Source: Verrucomicrobiota bacterium (lineage in GTDB: Bacteria > Verrucomicrobiota > Verrucomicrobiia > Verrucomicrobiales > Akkermansiaceae). From it: DNA of 64,000 nucleotides. The number at the start of each line of letters is the position of its first letter. The first letter of the stretch is position 1. The stretch is from positions 19,753 to 83,752 of the forward strand of contig VHCM01000001.1 of the NCBI GenBank assembly GCA_016871685.1, written 5' to 3'. Made by a program: the position numbers and the translations under genes. This document shows positions 9,760 through 19,950 of the stretch, one piece after another. The notes under the pieces are model-generated. The model ran no database searches. It was not told the DNA's origin and saw only the letters and a program-made list of their open reading frames with translations.

Positions 9760-10159
9760 CTTCTTTCTCGATACGAACATCCTTCTCTATGCGGCATCCA
9801 GCGCGAAGGCTGAACATGGCAAGCGGGTTAGGGCCAGGGAATTGCTGTCAATGGAGGGCGGCGGCTTGTCCGTTCAGGTGCAGGCGGAGTTTTATGTCAA
9901 TGCCACGGCGAAATTCAAACTCCCTCATGGGAAGGTCATCCGGATTCTGGAGTCGCTTGAATCCTATCCAGTCCTTGCAATCACCGAAGCCTTGTTTTGG
10001 GCGGCGATGCGGATCAAGGAGCGCTACGGGTTGTCCTATTGGGATTCCGCGATCATTGCTGCAGCATTGGAGTTGGGCTGCCACACGGTCTATACCGAAG
10101 ACCTGAACCATGGGCAAAGTTACGCCGGGATTCGCGTCATCAATCCCTTTGTCGCATGA
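9749..10159 (+). CDS. vapC: PIN-domain toxin (VapC family)
   Basis: FLDTNILLY, QAEF, YWDSAII, VYTEDL; start at ATG 9749 inside track ORF 9686..10159. Confidence 0.9.
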   Translation: MHADFFLDTNILLYAASSAKAEHGKRVRARELLSMEGGGLSVQVQAEFYVNATAKFKLPHGKVIRILESLESYPVLAITEALFWAAMRIKERYGLSYWDSAIIAAALELGCHTVYTEDLNHGQSYAGIRVINPFVA

Positions 10160-10328
10160 TGGACATTCGCATCCCGGCAGTTCGTCACGATCGACAAGAT
10201 CCGTGTTGCCGGCGCAGGCGGCGAAAGGCAGCCAACGATTTGTCTGCCCCGTTGTCTGTGTCCCACGTGCTGGCCGTAGCCGCTGGCCCAGAGTTCGAAT
10301 GCCCGGCACCCGGCCACGGGGGCCAGGA

Positions 10329-10358
10329 GTAGCGCGAAATCGACTTAGACTGCGCTAC
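10329..10358. repeat. Short REP-like inverted repeat GTAGCGC-N16-GCGCTAC
   Basis: 7-bp arms beginning with GTAG, intergenic between the two TA modules. Confidence 0.35.
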
Positions 10359-10402
10359 GAATCCCGTTGAAAGGCACCGTTTTGTCTCGGAGCCGGATCA
10401 GA

Positions 10403-10473
10403 TGTCGTCGTCGAACCACATTCAACCATGTTGCCGATCGGCCTCATTTTCTTCTTGTCGGCGTTCGCCAACA
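10403..10473. promoter_or_regulatory. Three 18-bp imperfect palindromes, putative HipB-like operators
   Basis: TGTCGTCGTCGAACCACA (10403), TGTTGCCGATCGGCCTCA (10429), TGTCGGCGTTCGCCAACA (10456); 26-27 bp period. Confidence 0.55.
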
Positions 10474-10489
10474 TTGGCAGCTTGCGGAT

Positions 10490-10777
10490 GTGCAGATACG
10501 AAACATGCGAGAATTGGCGAGTGCGGTCCGGGCGGAGCGAAAGAGGCTCGGCCTGAGTCAGTCTACCTTAGCCGAACGAGCCGGTGTGGGGCGGGAGTGG
10601 ATCATTGGATTGGAAAAAGGAAAGCCCACTGCGGAAATCGGTCTGGTGCTGCGCACCCTCCGGGCCCTAGGGCTGGGCGTTCAATTGGATTCAAAACCTG
10701 AAATGCCTGTATCCGGGCGGATCCATTTGGATGAGCTTTTAGGCACCCCTTCGGAAAAGCCATGGCAGACGCGTTGA
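10490..10777 (+). CDS. XRE-family HTH antitoxin, HipB-like
   Basis: [42 protein letters not shown]; GTG start at 10490; overlaps the hipA start. Confidence 0.85.
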   Translation: MQIRNMRELASAVRAERKRLGLSQSTLAERAGVGREWIIGLEKGKPTAEIGLVLRTLRALGLGVQLDSKPEMPVSGRIHLDELLGTPSEKPWQTR

Positions 10778-11760
10778 TCTTATTGGCGTCGGGTCGGCGG
10801 CTTGGCACGGTGATCGGCTGACCCTCCGCTATGAGCCGGCCTGGCGGGAGTTTTCGGAGGCATTCCCGCTGTCCGTTTCGATGCCACTGGTCGTGGCGGA
10901 GCATTCGCATTCCCACATCGATGCCTTCATGCGCGGACTCCTACCAGACAACAGTCAGGTGTTGGATCAATGGGCAAAGCGGTTTCACGTGTCACCACGC
11001 AACCCGTTCAAACTCCTTGAGCATGTCGGGGAGGATTGTGCCGGGGCGATTCAGTGGATTCCTGTCGAACGGGAAAATACCCTGCCAGATACCCCATCGG
11101 CAGAAAGAGTGACGTGGCTCAGCGAAGAGGAACTCGCAGGGCGCATCCGAATGTTGGTCGAAAATCACGGCAGCACCCGAGCCAGTGCCGACACCGGGCA
11201 GTTCAGCTTGGCCGGGGCACAGCCCAAGACCGCACGGTATCGGGATCCTGAAAGTGGTCGATGGGGAGTGCCCGAAGGATCGACACCGACCACGCATATC
11301 CTCAAGCCCGCCACCGGAAACCTCGACGGATACTCCGAGAACGAGCACTTCTGTTTGAAGCTCGCACAAAGGCTTGGTCTGCGGGCGGCGATTTCCTCGG
11401 TGATCCATCCGGGTGGCCATCCGGTGATCGTGGTTCAACGATACGACCGGTTGTTTCGAGAGGGAAGCTGTCTGCGCATTCATCAGGAGGACATGTGCCA
11501 GGCATTGGCGATTCCTCCATCCCTCAAATATCAGAACGAAGGCGGGCCCTCGGTGAAGCAGATTGCGGATTTGCTTTGGGATGTTTCTTCCGATGCGAAT
11601 GCGGACGTCCGGCGCATGGCGGCACCGTGTGGATCATGGGATGGTGCAGCCGGGTGCGGGAGAACCCCGGATGATCCGCCCCGGAAGTTCCGAAGGCGGC
11701 CGGCGGGTTCCACCTCGCCCCGGCTGCACGACCAGCGTACACCTACCGAAGACCGCGGCA
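10762..11760 (+). pseudogene. hipA: HipA-family kinase toxin, frameshifted and decayed at the 3' end
   Basis: [17 protein letters not shown] then a frame change near 10810 to [12 protein letters not shown]...GLLPDN...FSLAGAQPK...ENEHFC...RYDR...HQEDMCQAL...KYQ. The DAHAKN and LAPLYD motifs survive only as out-of-frame remnants. 3' end approximate. Confidence 0.8.
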
Positions 11761-11947
11761 GGCAAGGCGGCGTCGCACACCATTCCGGTGCGCTGACCCG
11801 CCCCGCTGCCGTGTGCGGCGAACCGGCCGTCGGTCATCTGACCACGGCCGGTTTTTCGCATGCGGAAATCCGAAAAAGTTCATCCAGGGCGCGGACGCCT
11901 GGAGTTGACGGCGCGCGGCCGGCCACGCTCACTGGTGAGGCTGCTCC

Positions 11948-12526
11948 GTGAAACTGCACCGCACGATTTCCATCGACCGCCCGCTGCTGGTGGTCGCCCT
12001 CGAGGAAGAGGCCAGACACCTGCATGCGGCGGACCTGCCGGTGCTTGTCACTGGTGTTGGCAAGATCCGCGCCGCGTGGGCGCTCGCCGCGGTGCTCGCC
12101 AAGCAACGGCCGTCGTCGGTGATCAACCTCGGCACGGCCGGCGCGTTGGATGACAACCTGCGCGGCACGCACCTCGTCTCCCGTGTGATCCAGCACGATT
12201 ACGATCACCAGGGCATCAGCGGACTCACTGGCACGCCGTATGGCGGACCACCGATCGAACTGCGGCCGGAGGGCTTGGTGCTGGCTTCCGGCGACCGCTT
12301 TGTGGAGGGCGGACCCGAGCGCGACCGGTTGACCGCCGCAGGTGCGTCGCTTGTCGACATGGAGGGCTACGCGGTCGCGATGGTCGCCCGCGAATTCGGC
12401 CTGGAGGTCACCTTGGTCAAGGAGGTGAGCGACACGGCCGGGGCGGGTGCGGCATCCGACTGGAGGCGGACGCTCGACGCCTGCGCGGCCCGGTTGGGCG
12501 GATGGCTGAGCCAATATCGGGCTTGA
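11948..12526 (+). CDS. Small nucleoside phosphorylase/nucleosidase (PNP_UDP_1, MTAN-like)
   Basis: [42 protein letters not shown]. Confidence 0.85.
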   Translation: MKLHRTISIDRPLLVVALEEEARHLHAADLPVLVTGVGKIRAAWALAAVLAKQRPSSVINLGTAGALDDNLRGTHLVSRVIQHDYDHQGISGLTGTPYGGPPIELRPEGLVLASGDRFVEGGPERDRLTAAGASLVDMEGYAVAMVAREFGLEVTLVKEVSDTAGAGAASDWRRTLDACAARLGGWLSQYRA

Positions 12527-12596
12527 TGCCCGACGAAGGGTGGGACTAAATCGGGTACACCCTGTGGCTTTCTGCGCGGGGAAACCTACGACTGTC

Positions 12597-13622
12597 ATGA
12601 GCACCCGACGCAAGCAAGGCCGGTCCACCAAACTCGACGAGCGGCAGGGCGTGACCCGTCGGCCGATGGCGAGGATCCACGAGATCCATGCGGCCATCCT
12701 CAAGGGCAAGTACCCGAATTGTTCGACGCTGGCAGAGCGGTTGGGCTACGAGCGCAAGACGATCCAGCGCGACATCACCTTCATGCGGGACGCCCTGCGC
12801 CTGCCGTTGGTCTACGACGACGAGCGGCACGGGTATCGTTATGACGCCGAGGTGGTGGATTTCCCGGTCTTCAAGACGACGCCCGAGGAGCTTGCGTCGA
12901 TGTTCCTCGCGCGCAACGCGTTGCGCGGGTTCGGCGGGACCCGTTATGCCGATGTGCTCGGCCGGGCCTTCGCCAAGCTCACCGCAGGCATGCTCGACGA
13001 GGTTCGCTTCTCTTGGACCGATCTCGACGAGGCGTTCTCCCGCAAATCCGTCGAGCAAAGCCCCGTTCAGGTGAAGCTCTTCGGCACCCTGGCCAAGGCG
13101 ATCCTCGACCGGCGTGAGGTGCGCTTTTCCTACCTCAAGCTCGGCGCGCGCAAGCGGGAGACGCGATCGGTGCGGCCGCTGCATCTCGGCGAGGTCGATG
13201 GCGGCTGGTATCTGATCGCGCACGACATCGATCGCGACGGGTTGCGCACGTTTTCATTGCCACGCATGGATGCGCTGCAAGTGACGAGAACCACCTTCGA
13301 GCGGCCCGCCGGATTCACTGGCAGTCGGCATCTGCGCCGCTCGTTCGGAATCTGGAACGTCACGGGAGACCAGACGAGGCATGTCGTACGCGTCGAACTC
13401 AAGGGTTACGCCGCCCGGCTTGCCCACGAGCGCCGCTGGCACCCAAGCCAGGAGGTGATCCCCCTCACCCGCAACGCCTCGCGCGTCGAGGTGCGGTTCG
13501 AGGTCGGTCGGCTCGAGGAAGTGCTGCGCTGGGTGCTGAGCTTCGGCAGTCAGGCCAAGGTGACCGCACCCCTGGCATTGTGCCGCATGCTGCGAAGCGA
13601 ACTGCGGGCGATGTCGCGCTGA
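12597..13622 (+). CDS. WYL-domain transcriptional regulator (HTH-WYL-WCX, YafY/PafB-like)
   Basis: HTH (LAERLGYERKTIQRDITFMRD), GGWYLIAHD, RTFSLPRM, EVLRWVLSFG. Confidence 0.9.
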   Translation: MSTRRKQGRSTKLDERQGVTRRPMARIHEIHAAILKGKYPNCSTLAERLGYERKTIQRDITFMRDALRLPLVYDDERHGYRYDAEVVDFPVFKTTPEELASMFLARNALRGFGGTRYADVLGRAFAKLTAGMLDEVRFSWTDLDEAFSRKSVEQSPVQVKLFGTLAKAILDRREVRFSYLKLGARKRETRSVRPLHLGEVDGGWYLIAHDIDRDGLRTFSLPRMDALQVTRTTFERPAGFTGSRHLRRSFGIWNVTGDQTRHVVRVELKGYAARLAHERRWHPSQEVIPLTRNASRVEVRFEVGRLEEVLRWVLSFGSQAKVTAPLALCRMLRSELRAMSR

Positions 13623-13674
13623 GGTTTAGAGCATGTTGCACTAGTGCGCAGTGATCACCGTCGCACGGCGCGGA

Positions 13675-16600
13675 TCAGTTGTCATTCACTGATTCCGCCC
13701 GCACCCGCAGGAACAACCGTGCGGCTCCGGCGTGGACGGTGGTGGAGAGATCGATGATCGCGGATGTGGCGGCACCCTGTGAGGACACCGCCGCGCGAAC
13801 CGGCACCCACGACTGGGCGTCGGCAGGATCCGCCGTCGCTTCCACCGTGTAGACCGCACCGGGTTTTGATTCCCAAGCCAAGGTGCAGACCGATCCGTCC
13901 ATCGAGATGGACGTGACGCGGAACGGCGGATGCCCCGTGGATTCGATCGTGAAGTCCTCGTTTTTCGAGCCGGTGAAGTTCGGGTCATTGATGACGGCCG
14001 TCACCGTGTAGGAACCCGCGTCCACGGGAGCCTCGGCACTGGGGCCGTAGTTCGTGCCATCGCGGCCGGAGTAGCTGTAGGTGAAACCGGCCACTCCATC
14101 GGCGGATGCGGTGTAGGCGTTGCCATTGCGCACCAGCGTGATCTCGGCGGCGGTCAACGCCTTGGGCAGGATCGTGAACACCGCTCCATTGTAGGTGACG
14201 GAGTAGTTTGCTCCGGCATCCAGCGATCCGATGCCAATCGCATAAGCACCGGCATTCTCACCGGGCTCGCGGGCGGGCGAACCCGTGATCGAATCCCCGC
14301 CGACCAATCCGACGGTGGTGATGGTCAGCGCGGGATCGGCCTCGCCATAGGTCTTGCTCTTCGCATCGGCGGAAATCGCGAGGGCCGCCGGGCTCACCGA
14401 TCCCGAGACGGCAACCGACTTCGAAACGGCAGCGCTGCTCGCCAGCGTGACGTTGCCCGCGTAATCGCCCGTGCCCGCATCGCTGCGAAGGCGCACGTAC
14501 ACGGTCGTCGCCGACAGGTTGCCGATCGCACCCGGCGCGACACTGGCACCGTAGCCGCTGCTTTGCGTCGCCGACACTTCGAACCCGGCGGGAGCGGTCA
14601 CCGTGATCGCCGCGTTCAGATTCGTTCCCGAGAGCGTGAACGAACCGGCGGACGAGGCATTGCCATAGGTCGCACTCATCACCGCGGGCGTGCCGGAGAT
14701 GATGATCGCCGGTTTCGCGAGCGGATTGCTTCCCGCATCGGCCTCGGCCTGATTGGTCACACCGTCACCGTCGAAGTCGCCGCCCGCCGTGAGAAGGTAC
14801 GCGGCCGAGGTGAATGCGGTCGGCGTGCTGCCGACGGACGTATCGTTCGGATTGACCGCCTCGACGCGCACCGAGACCTGGATGTCGGTGTTGGTTTGGT
14901 AGGTGAAAGCCGCGGCGGACACGATCTCGGTGGTGGTGGTCCCGCCGGCGACGACGGTGACTTTGTACAGTGGGGTCATGCCCTCGCTGTCGGCCGGCAC
15001 CGCGTTCCAGCTGAAGGTCGCCGAGGAACCGATCGCGTACGGACCGGTGATGCTGCTGGAGATGGTGCCGGTGACGGCGGCGGGCGGCGTGACGTCGAGC
15101 AGCTTGAGATACTGCGCTTCGAACGGCGCGGTGCCCCAGGTCGCGTCGGTGTTGGGCACGGCGTTGAGACCGACGTAGACGCCATTGCTTTTCACAACCG
15201 CGCCACTGCGTCCGCCTCCCCAGAGAAGCTGGGTGGCGCGCGAGGCGAGCGAGCCGTCGACGCCGGTGTAGGCGGCGAGGTTGCGGACGTTGTAGTTGCG
15301 ATTGTCCTTGATGCCGAGCCGGGTGGAGAGTGCCGCGGGGATGCCGAAGGTGTTCGACGCGGCGTTCGAGCGGTCGAGGTTGACGAAACCGAGCACCACG
15401 TCGCTCACCGCGGGCGAGGCGTTTTCGGTCTGGTACTTCGCCACGGCGAAGATGCGCTCGTCGGGGTTGTTGCTTCCCTGCGGGTTGAGGAACCAGCGGT
15501 TCGACGCGCGCAGCGCGGGGCTGGCTTCGCGCGCCTTGGCCGCGCCGGCGTAGGCCGGATACAGGTTGCGCGATCCCAAGCTGTTGGCGGCCCATGCGGT
15601 CCACTGCGGCTGCATTGAATTGTAGCGTTTGAAGTGCGGGATGGATTTGCCGAAGTTCAGCTCGTAATGGTTGAAGCTGAGATTCGCGGCCGTGCCGATT
15701 TCCTGGCCGTACATGACCATCGGCGCACCGTCGATCGTGCCGCCCACCGCGTAACGGATGAATGCCTGCCACGGGTCCGGATAGCCCGCCTCGTCGTGCG
15801 AGGTGTTGTTGAGCAGGACGAGTCCTTGGCCATACGCGTTGCGGCGCTCCTCGAACAAACTGCGATGCGCGCTGGTGGTCGTCGCCGCCTGCCACGGGAA
15901 GACGATGTTCTCATTGAGCACATCGAAGTGGCGGTTCGACCGGTAGGTGACCGCGCCGCCATCGAGCGACTCGCTCATGAACACGAAGCTCCATTTGTGT
16001 GCACGCGCCACGTTGATCGCGTACTCCCAGAATTGCGGCGGCATGCCTTGGCCGAAATCGGCGCGCAGTCCGTCGATGCCCTTGGACGCCTGCTCGTGCA
16101 GCGGACTGCCTGCGGGCAGACCGGTTTTCTCGAGCCAGTACGGCACGTAGCGTGCGAAATAACGCCAGACCGCGCGGGTCACCGCGCCATTGCTGCCGGG
16201 GCCGCCGCTGAGGTCGTCGAGATTGATCCATTCCTGGCTGGTCGCCACCGTCTGGCGGCTGCTTTCAGCATCCGGATAGCCGGTCACCAGCGTGGCATAG
16301 CGGCCGAAGAACACATCGAGAACGTCGCGCCACTTGCCGAAGTCGTTGCGGTCGGGGGCCACGGCGGCATTGGATGCCGAGCTGGCCGGACCGCTGTAGG
16401 CGAGGTTGCCATCGTTGCGGGAGAAAAAGCGGGCGTCCCGATCCTTGATCTTGTCCGTGGCCGACCAGCCGGAGACGTTGAGCCCGGCTTGGGCGAAGAG
16501 TTGCAACCCGACGCTCGACACCTCGACGTCGTAGGCCGTGTGATTGAACGGCGCATCGAGCATCACATGCACGCCCTTCTGGTCGGCCTGCTGCACAAAG

Positions 16601-19600
16601 CTCTGGAACGCCGTCATCGACGAGGCGCGGGAGTTGCCGTCGCTCATCTGTTCCATGACCTCGAAGAAATTCTTCACCGCGTACGGGCTGCCGGGATCAT
16701 ACGGGCCGGTTCCCGAATCCCATCCACCGCTCGGCTCGCGCCCCTCGATGCCGTTGGGATGGATCGGCTGGAACCACAGCGTGTTGGCACCGAGTCCGCG
16801 CAGGTAGTCGAGATTCCAGCGCGTGCCGTCGGTGAGGTCCTCGAAGGTGCTGCGTGTCGCGAATGTGTCGCCGGTGGCATCGACGTTGAGCACGTTGATC
16901 TCATACACGTTCATCTCGCGCGCGACCTTCGGTGCGACCGTCACGCAGTGGTCGCGGCGACCTTCCGAAGAGTACCAAATCCAATCCGACGATCCCTGCA
17001 GGCGATAGCGGGCGGTGAGCCGGTAGGCACCGGTCTTGGTCACCGGAATCGTCAGCGACCAACTGCCGCCCGATCCGTTCATCGGGCGGGCCTGGTAATA
17101 ACCGCCCGCCGGATAGACGGCACCGTTGTTGCCCGCGGGTTGGCCCGATGGTGGCGACGGCGGAAGGATGCCGTCGGGGACGCCGTCACTGTTGGCATCC
17201 GCGTCGGCGCGGTCGCGGTTGTTGAGGTTGGTCCAGATTTCGGCCTCGGCAAGCTGTGCGCCGGACACGGTGAGCACCGCCTGCAGCGGGATCGAATCAC
17301 CGGCCACCTCGTCGACATACAATTTGCTCGTCGTGTAATCCGCAGTGAGCGTGCCGGTCGTTGCCGTGGTGATCTGCAACACCGGCGGCGCGCCAGCGGG
17401 TGTGGTGAGCTGCAATACGGTCGACGGATCGGCCTCGGAGTATTTTTCCTCGCCGGTTGCCTCGTTCCAGAACGAGATGCGGTAGCGCAGCTGCGTGTTC
17501 GGTGCCAGCCCCTCGAGCACCGCGCGCCACAACATCGCGTCGCCCGCGTTGCTGGGATCGGATTCGATTCCGAGATATTCGAAGAACAAAACTTGGGTCG
17601 AGCCGTTGCCGGCATTGCCGAGCGTGCCGGTCGGCGTCACGCCATCGGTCGTGTAGTACAGCGCACCGTGCGTCGCGCCGCGGAACGAGAGATCGGCCGC
17701 GGCGTAGCCGACCTTCGCATTGAAGGTGACCGCGCCCGGCTGCACATCGGGTGACGGTGCAAACACCCACGAGACGCGGTCGCGCAGCGAAAACGGCTGG
17801 GACTGCGCCGCGGATTCGTCGGTGGTGACGGTGCTCGCGTTGTCCGACCCGTAGAGGAAGCAGGCCGGTGCAACGCCGGAATCGAAGGTGATGCGCACGT
17901 AGTACTGGACGACCCCGTTGGTCGCGCTGCCCGGCACGGTGGCTTTCCAAAACTGGTAGTCGCCGTTGTTGGCGTGCCATGAAAGCGCCGTCTGCGACCA
18001 GGTGCCGCTGGTGCCCGCACGGTAGTACAAGGTGCCGCCGGTCTGGTTGGCCGTGCCGTAGCCCGGGTTGTTGAATTTCCTGACGCCTTGATAGACGGTG
18101 AAGCTGGCGCCGGTGGCGATTTCATACGCCGGCGCGCGCATCGTGCTGTTGATGAGCCCTTCGTTGTACGACGGACGGTGCCAAGCGACGGGAAGCGCCG
18201 TGGGAACCTGCGTCGGGACGAGCTTCGAGAGATTGAGCCGGCCGCCCGTCACGCAGGTACCGCTCAAGGACGGCACCGCATCGACGCCGGCAAGCATCTT
18301 GGTCATCAACTGGCCGACCGAATCGCCCGGAAACGAAGCGCGCAACATGGCCAGCGCGCCGGAGGCTACCGGCGCGGCGAACGACGTGCCTTGGCCGGAC
18401 CCGTAGCTCGCGTTGCCACCGTTGGTCGTCGACCACATGCCGACACCCGGTGCCATCAAATCGACTTGCACATCGCCGTAGTTGGAAAACCCGGCCCGGT
18501 TGTCGTTGCGGTCGGTGGCACCCACCGCAAGGATGTTGTTGAGCGCGTAAGCACGGCGCGGAAACAGGCGTTCGACGTACTCGGTGTAGCTCGCGGGATA
18601 AAACGGCGTGACGTCGTTGTCATCACCGACGTAGTCCTCGCCGCCATTGCCGACGGCGGCGACCAGGATCACGCCCGCCTGCTGGGCGCGGTAGATCGCC
18701 GCCGCCTCGGAATTGCTGCCAATGTTGCTGATCGATGGGCTGCCATAACTGGCGTTGATCACCTTCGCGCCCTTGGCGATCGCATAGTCGATGCACTGGA
18801 TGTTGTCGGAGATCGATCCGGTCTGGTCGATGAATCGCAACGCCATGATCTTGATGCCGCTCCAGGCGATGCCGCACACGCCCTTCGCATTGTTGCCCAC
18901 CGCACCGATGATGCCCGCCACATGGGTGCCGTGACCCTGGCCGTCCATCGGATCACCGTCGTTGGCATAAGCGTCGATGCCATGCACATCGTCGATGTAG
19001 CCATTGCCGTCGTCATCGATCCCATTGCCCGCGGTTTCACCCGGATTGACCCACATGTTGCCCGCAAGATCCTCGTGGGTGTGGCGCACGCCGGTGTCGA
19101 CCACAGCGACGATCACCCCGCCTGCGTCGGTGCGGCTGTCCCACGCAACCGGCGCCCTGATGTCCTTGCCGATCTGGGTGTTGTTGTTGAGGTGCCAGAG
19201 GTTGTGGTTGGTGAAATTCGGGTCATTCGGCGTGGCGGCGGGCCGCATCAGGAAATCCGGTTCGCTGTATTCGACAAGTCCGCCGGACCCGTTGAGCAGC
19301 GCGAGCGCCTCCGGCACGGCATCGAGCTTGACCGGCAGCGACACCAGCCAGGTGTCGGGGGCGAAGGGGCAGTCCGCAAGACGGCCGCCCAGCGGATCGA
19401 GCGCTTGCTGCACGTCCTCCGGCCGCACGTCTTGCGCGAGTTTCACGATCACTTGGTCGCCGACCATTTCGCTGGCGCGGACCACACGCACCGCACCGGT
19501 CAATGGATCGGTCTCGATCTCTTGCTCGACGCGCACCCAAGGGTATTTGCCATCGGCTTCGAACAAGGCGGCGCGCAGGCGCGTGTTTGAGTCCGGACGC

Positions 19601-19950
19601 ATTTCCCCCAACGACCAATCCGCGAGTTTCCAATCCGGACTTTGCGAAGGCGGTGCCGGACGCAGGTCATCCGGCGGTTCGGTGCCTGTTGTGGCAGCGG
19701 CTTGACCAGACGAGACATCATCATCCCGCAAGGCAGTTGCTGCTTCGGCAACCATGGACGGCTTGTCGGCATCCGCGTGGGCAGCAATGGCCATCGCAGG
19801 AGGCACCGAGGCGGACTGCGGAGCGGCGGGTGCGTCATCCCGGCGTTGGACCAAGGCAAACAGGCCGAGAAGCACCAGTGCAACGCCGACCCACCGGATG
19901 GTGGCACGCGAAAACGGAAGGCGGGATTCGGGAGGGGTCATGGAGGACAT
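13675..19950 (-). CDS. Large exported multidomain protein: S8 subtilase + beta-sandwich modules + GH13 amylase-like domain + MBG-type domain + C-terminal domain
   Basis: S8 triad VDTG, HGTHVAG, GTSFAAP; GH13 regions LDAPFNH, GLRADFG, MSESLD, TSHDE; MBG-like SKTYGEADP...GAYAI; one open frame. Start set at ATG 19950 before the hydrophobic segment. Confidence 0.85.
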   Translation of the reverse strand: MSSMTPPESRLPFSRATIRWVGVALVLLGLFALVQRRDDAPAAPQSASVPPAMAIAAHADADKPSMVAEAATALRDDDVSSGQAAATTGTEPPDDLRPAPPSQSPDWKLADWSLGEMRPDSNTRLRAALFEADGKYPWVRVEQEIETDPLTGAVRVVRASEMVGDQVIVKLAQDVRPEDVQQALDPLGGRLADCPFAPDTWLVSLPVKLDAVPEALALLNGSGGLVEYSEPDFLMRPAATPNDPNFTNHNLWHLNNNTQIGKDIRAPVAWDSRTDAGGVIVAVVDTGVRHTHEDLAGNMWVNPGETAGNGIDDDGNGYIDDVHGIDAYANDGDPMDGQGHGTHVAGIIGAVGNNAKGVCGIAWSGIKIMALRFIDQTGSISDNIQCIDYAIAKGAKVINASYGSPSISNIGSNSEAAAIYRAQQAGVILVAAVGNGGEDYVGDDNDVTPFYPASYTEYVERLFPRRAYALNNILAVGATDRNDNRAGFSNYGDVQVDLMAPGVGMWSTTNGGNASYGSGQGTSFAAPVASGALAMLRASFPGDSVGQLMTKMLAGVDAVPSLSGTCVTGGRLNLSKLVPTQVPTALPVAWHRPSYNEGLINSTMRAPAYEIATGASFTVYQGVRKFNNPGYGTANQTGGTLYYRAGTSGTWSQTALSWHANNGDYQFWKATVPGSATNGVVQYYVRITFDSGVAPACFLYGSDNASTVTTDESAAQSQPFSLRDRVSWVFAPSPDVQPGAVTFNAKVGYAAADLSFRGATHGALYYTTDGVTPTGTLGNAGNGSTQVLFFEYLGIESDPSNAGDAMLWRAVLEGLAPNTQLRYRISFWNEATGEEKYSEADPSTVLQLTTPAGAPPVLQITTATTGTLTADYTTSKLYVDEVAGDSIPLQAVLTVSGAQLAEAEIWTNLNNRDRADADANSDGVPDGILPPSPPSGQPAGNNGAVYPAGGYYQARPMNGSGGSWSLTIPVTKTGAYRLTARYRLQGSSDWIWYSSEGRRDHCVTVAPKVAREMNVYEINVLNVDATGDTFATRSTFEDLTDGTRWNLDYLRGLGANTLWFQPIHPNGIEGREPSGGWDSGTGPYDPGSPYAVKNFFEVMEQMSDGNSRASSMTAFQSFVQQADQKGVHVMLDAPFNHTAYDVEVSSVGLQLFAQAGLNVSGWSATDKIKDRDARFFSRNDGNLAYSGPASSASNAAVAPDRNDFGKWRDVLDVFFGRYATLVTGYPDAESSRQTVATSQEWINLDDLSGGPGSNGAVTRAVWRYFARYVPYWLEKTGLPAGSPLHEQASKGIDGLRADFGQGMPPQFWEYAINVARAHKWSFVFMSESLDGGAVTYRSNRHFDVLNENIVFPWQAATTTSAHRSLFEERRNAYGQGLVLLNNTSHDEAGYPDPWQAFIRYAVGGTIDGAPMVMYGQEIGTAANLSFNHYELNFGKSIPHFKRYNSMQPQWTAWAANSLGSRNLYPAYAGAAKAREASPALRASNRWFLNPQGSNNPDERIFAVAKYQTENASPAVSDVVLGFVNLDRSNAASNTFGIPAALSTRLGIKDNRNYNVRNLAAYTGVDGSLASRATQLLWGGGRSGAVVKSNGVYVGLNAVPNTDATWGTAPFEAQYLKLLDVTPPAAVTGTISSSITGPYAIGSSATFSWNAVPADSEGMTPLYKVTVVAGGTTTTEIVSAAAFTYQTNTDIQVSVRVEAVNPNDTSVGSTPTAFTSAAYLLTAGGDFDGDGVTNQAEADAGSNPLAKPAIIISGTPAVMSATYGNASSAGSFTLSGTNLNAAITVTAPAGFEVSATQSSGYGASVAPGAIGNLSATTVYVRLRSDAGTGDYAGNVTLASSAAVSKSVAVSGSVSPAALAISADAKSKTYGEADPALTITTVGLVGGDSITGSPAREPGENAGAYAIGIGSLDAGANYSVTYNGAVFTILPKALTAAEITLVRNGNAYTASADGVAGFTYSYSGRDGTNYGPSAEAPVDAGSYTVTAVINDPNFTGSKNEDFTIESTGHPPFRVTSISMDGSVCTLAWESKPGAVYTVEATADPADAQSWVPVRAAVSSQGAATSAIIDLSTTVHAGAARLFLRVRAESVNDN

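Noticed and set aside
9160-13640. TA island as a second attC cassette array
   Set aside because: No R''/L''/L'/R' structures found around vapBC, hipBA or the nucleosidase.
13626-13650. TTAGAGCATGTT and palindrome GCACTAGTGC as a MITE end
   Set aside because: No matching second end found; too short to support.
15634-17754. Long antisense or shifted ORFs (e.g. 15634..17754+, 5186..6931-, 58241..59995+, 60698..63037-)
   Set aside because: Shadow ORFs expected in high-GC DNA, opposite genes with clear motifs.
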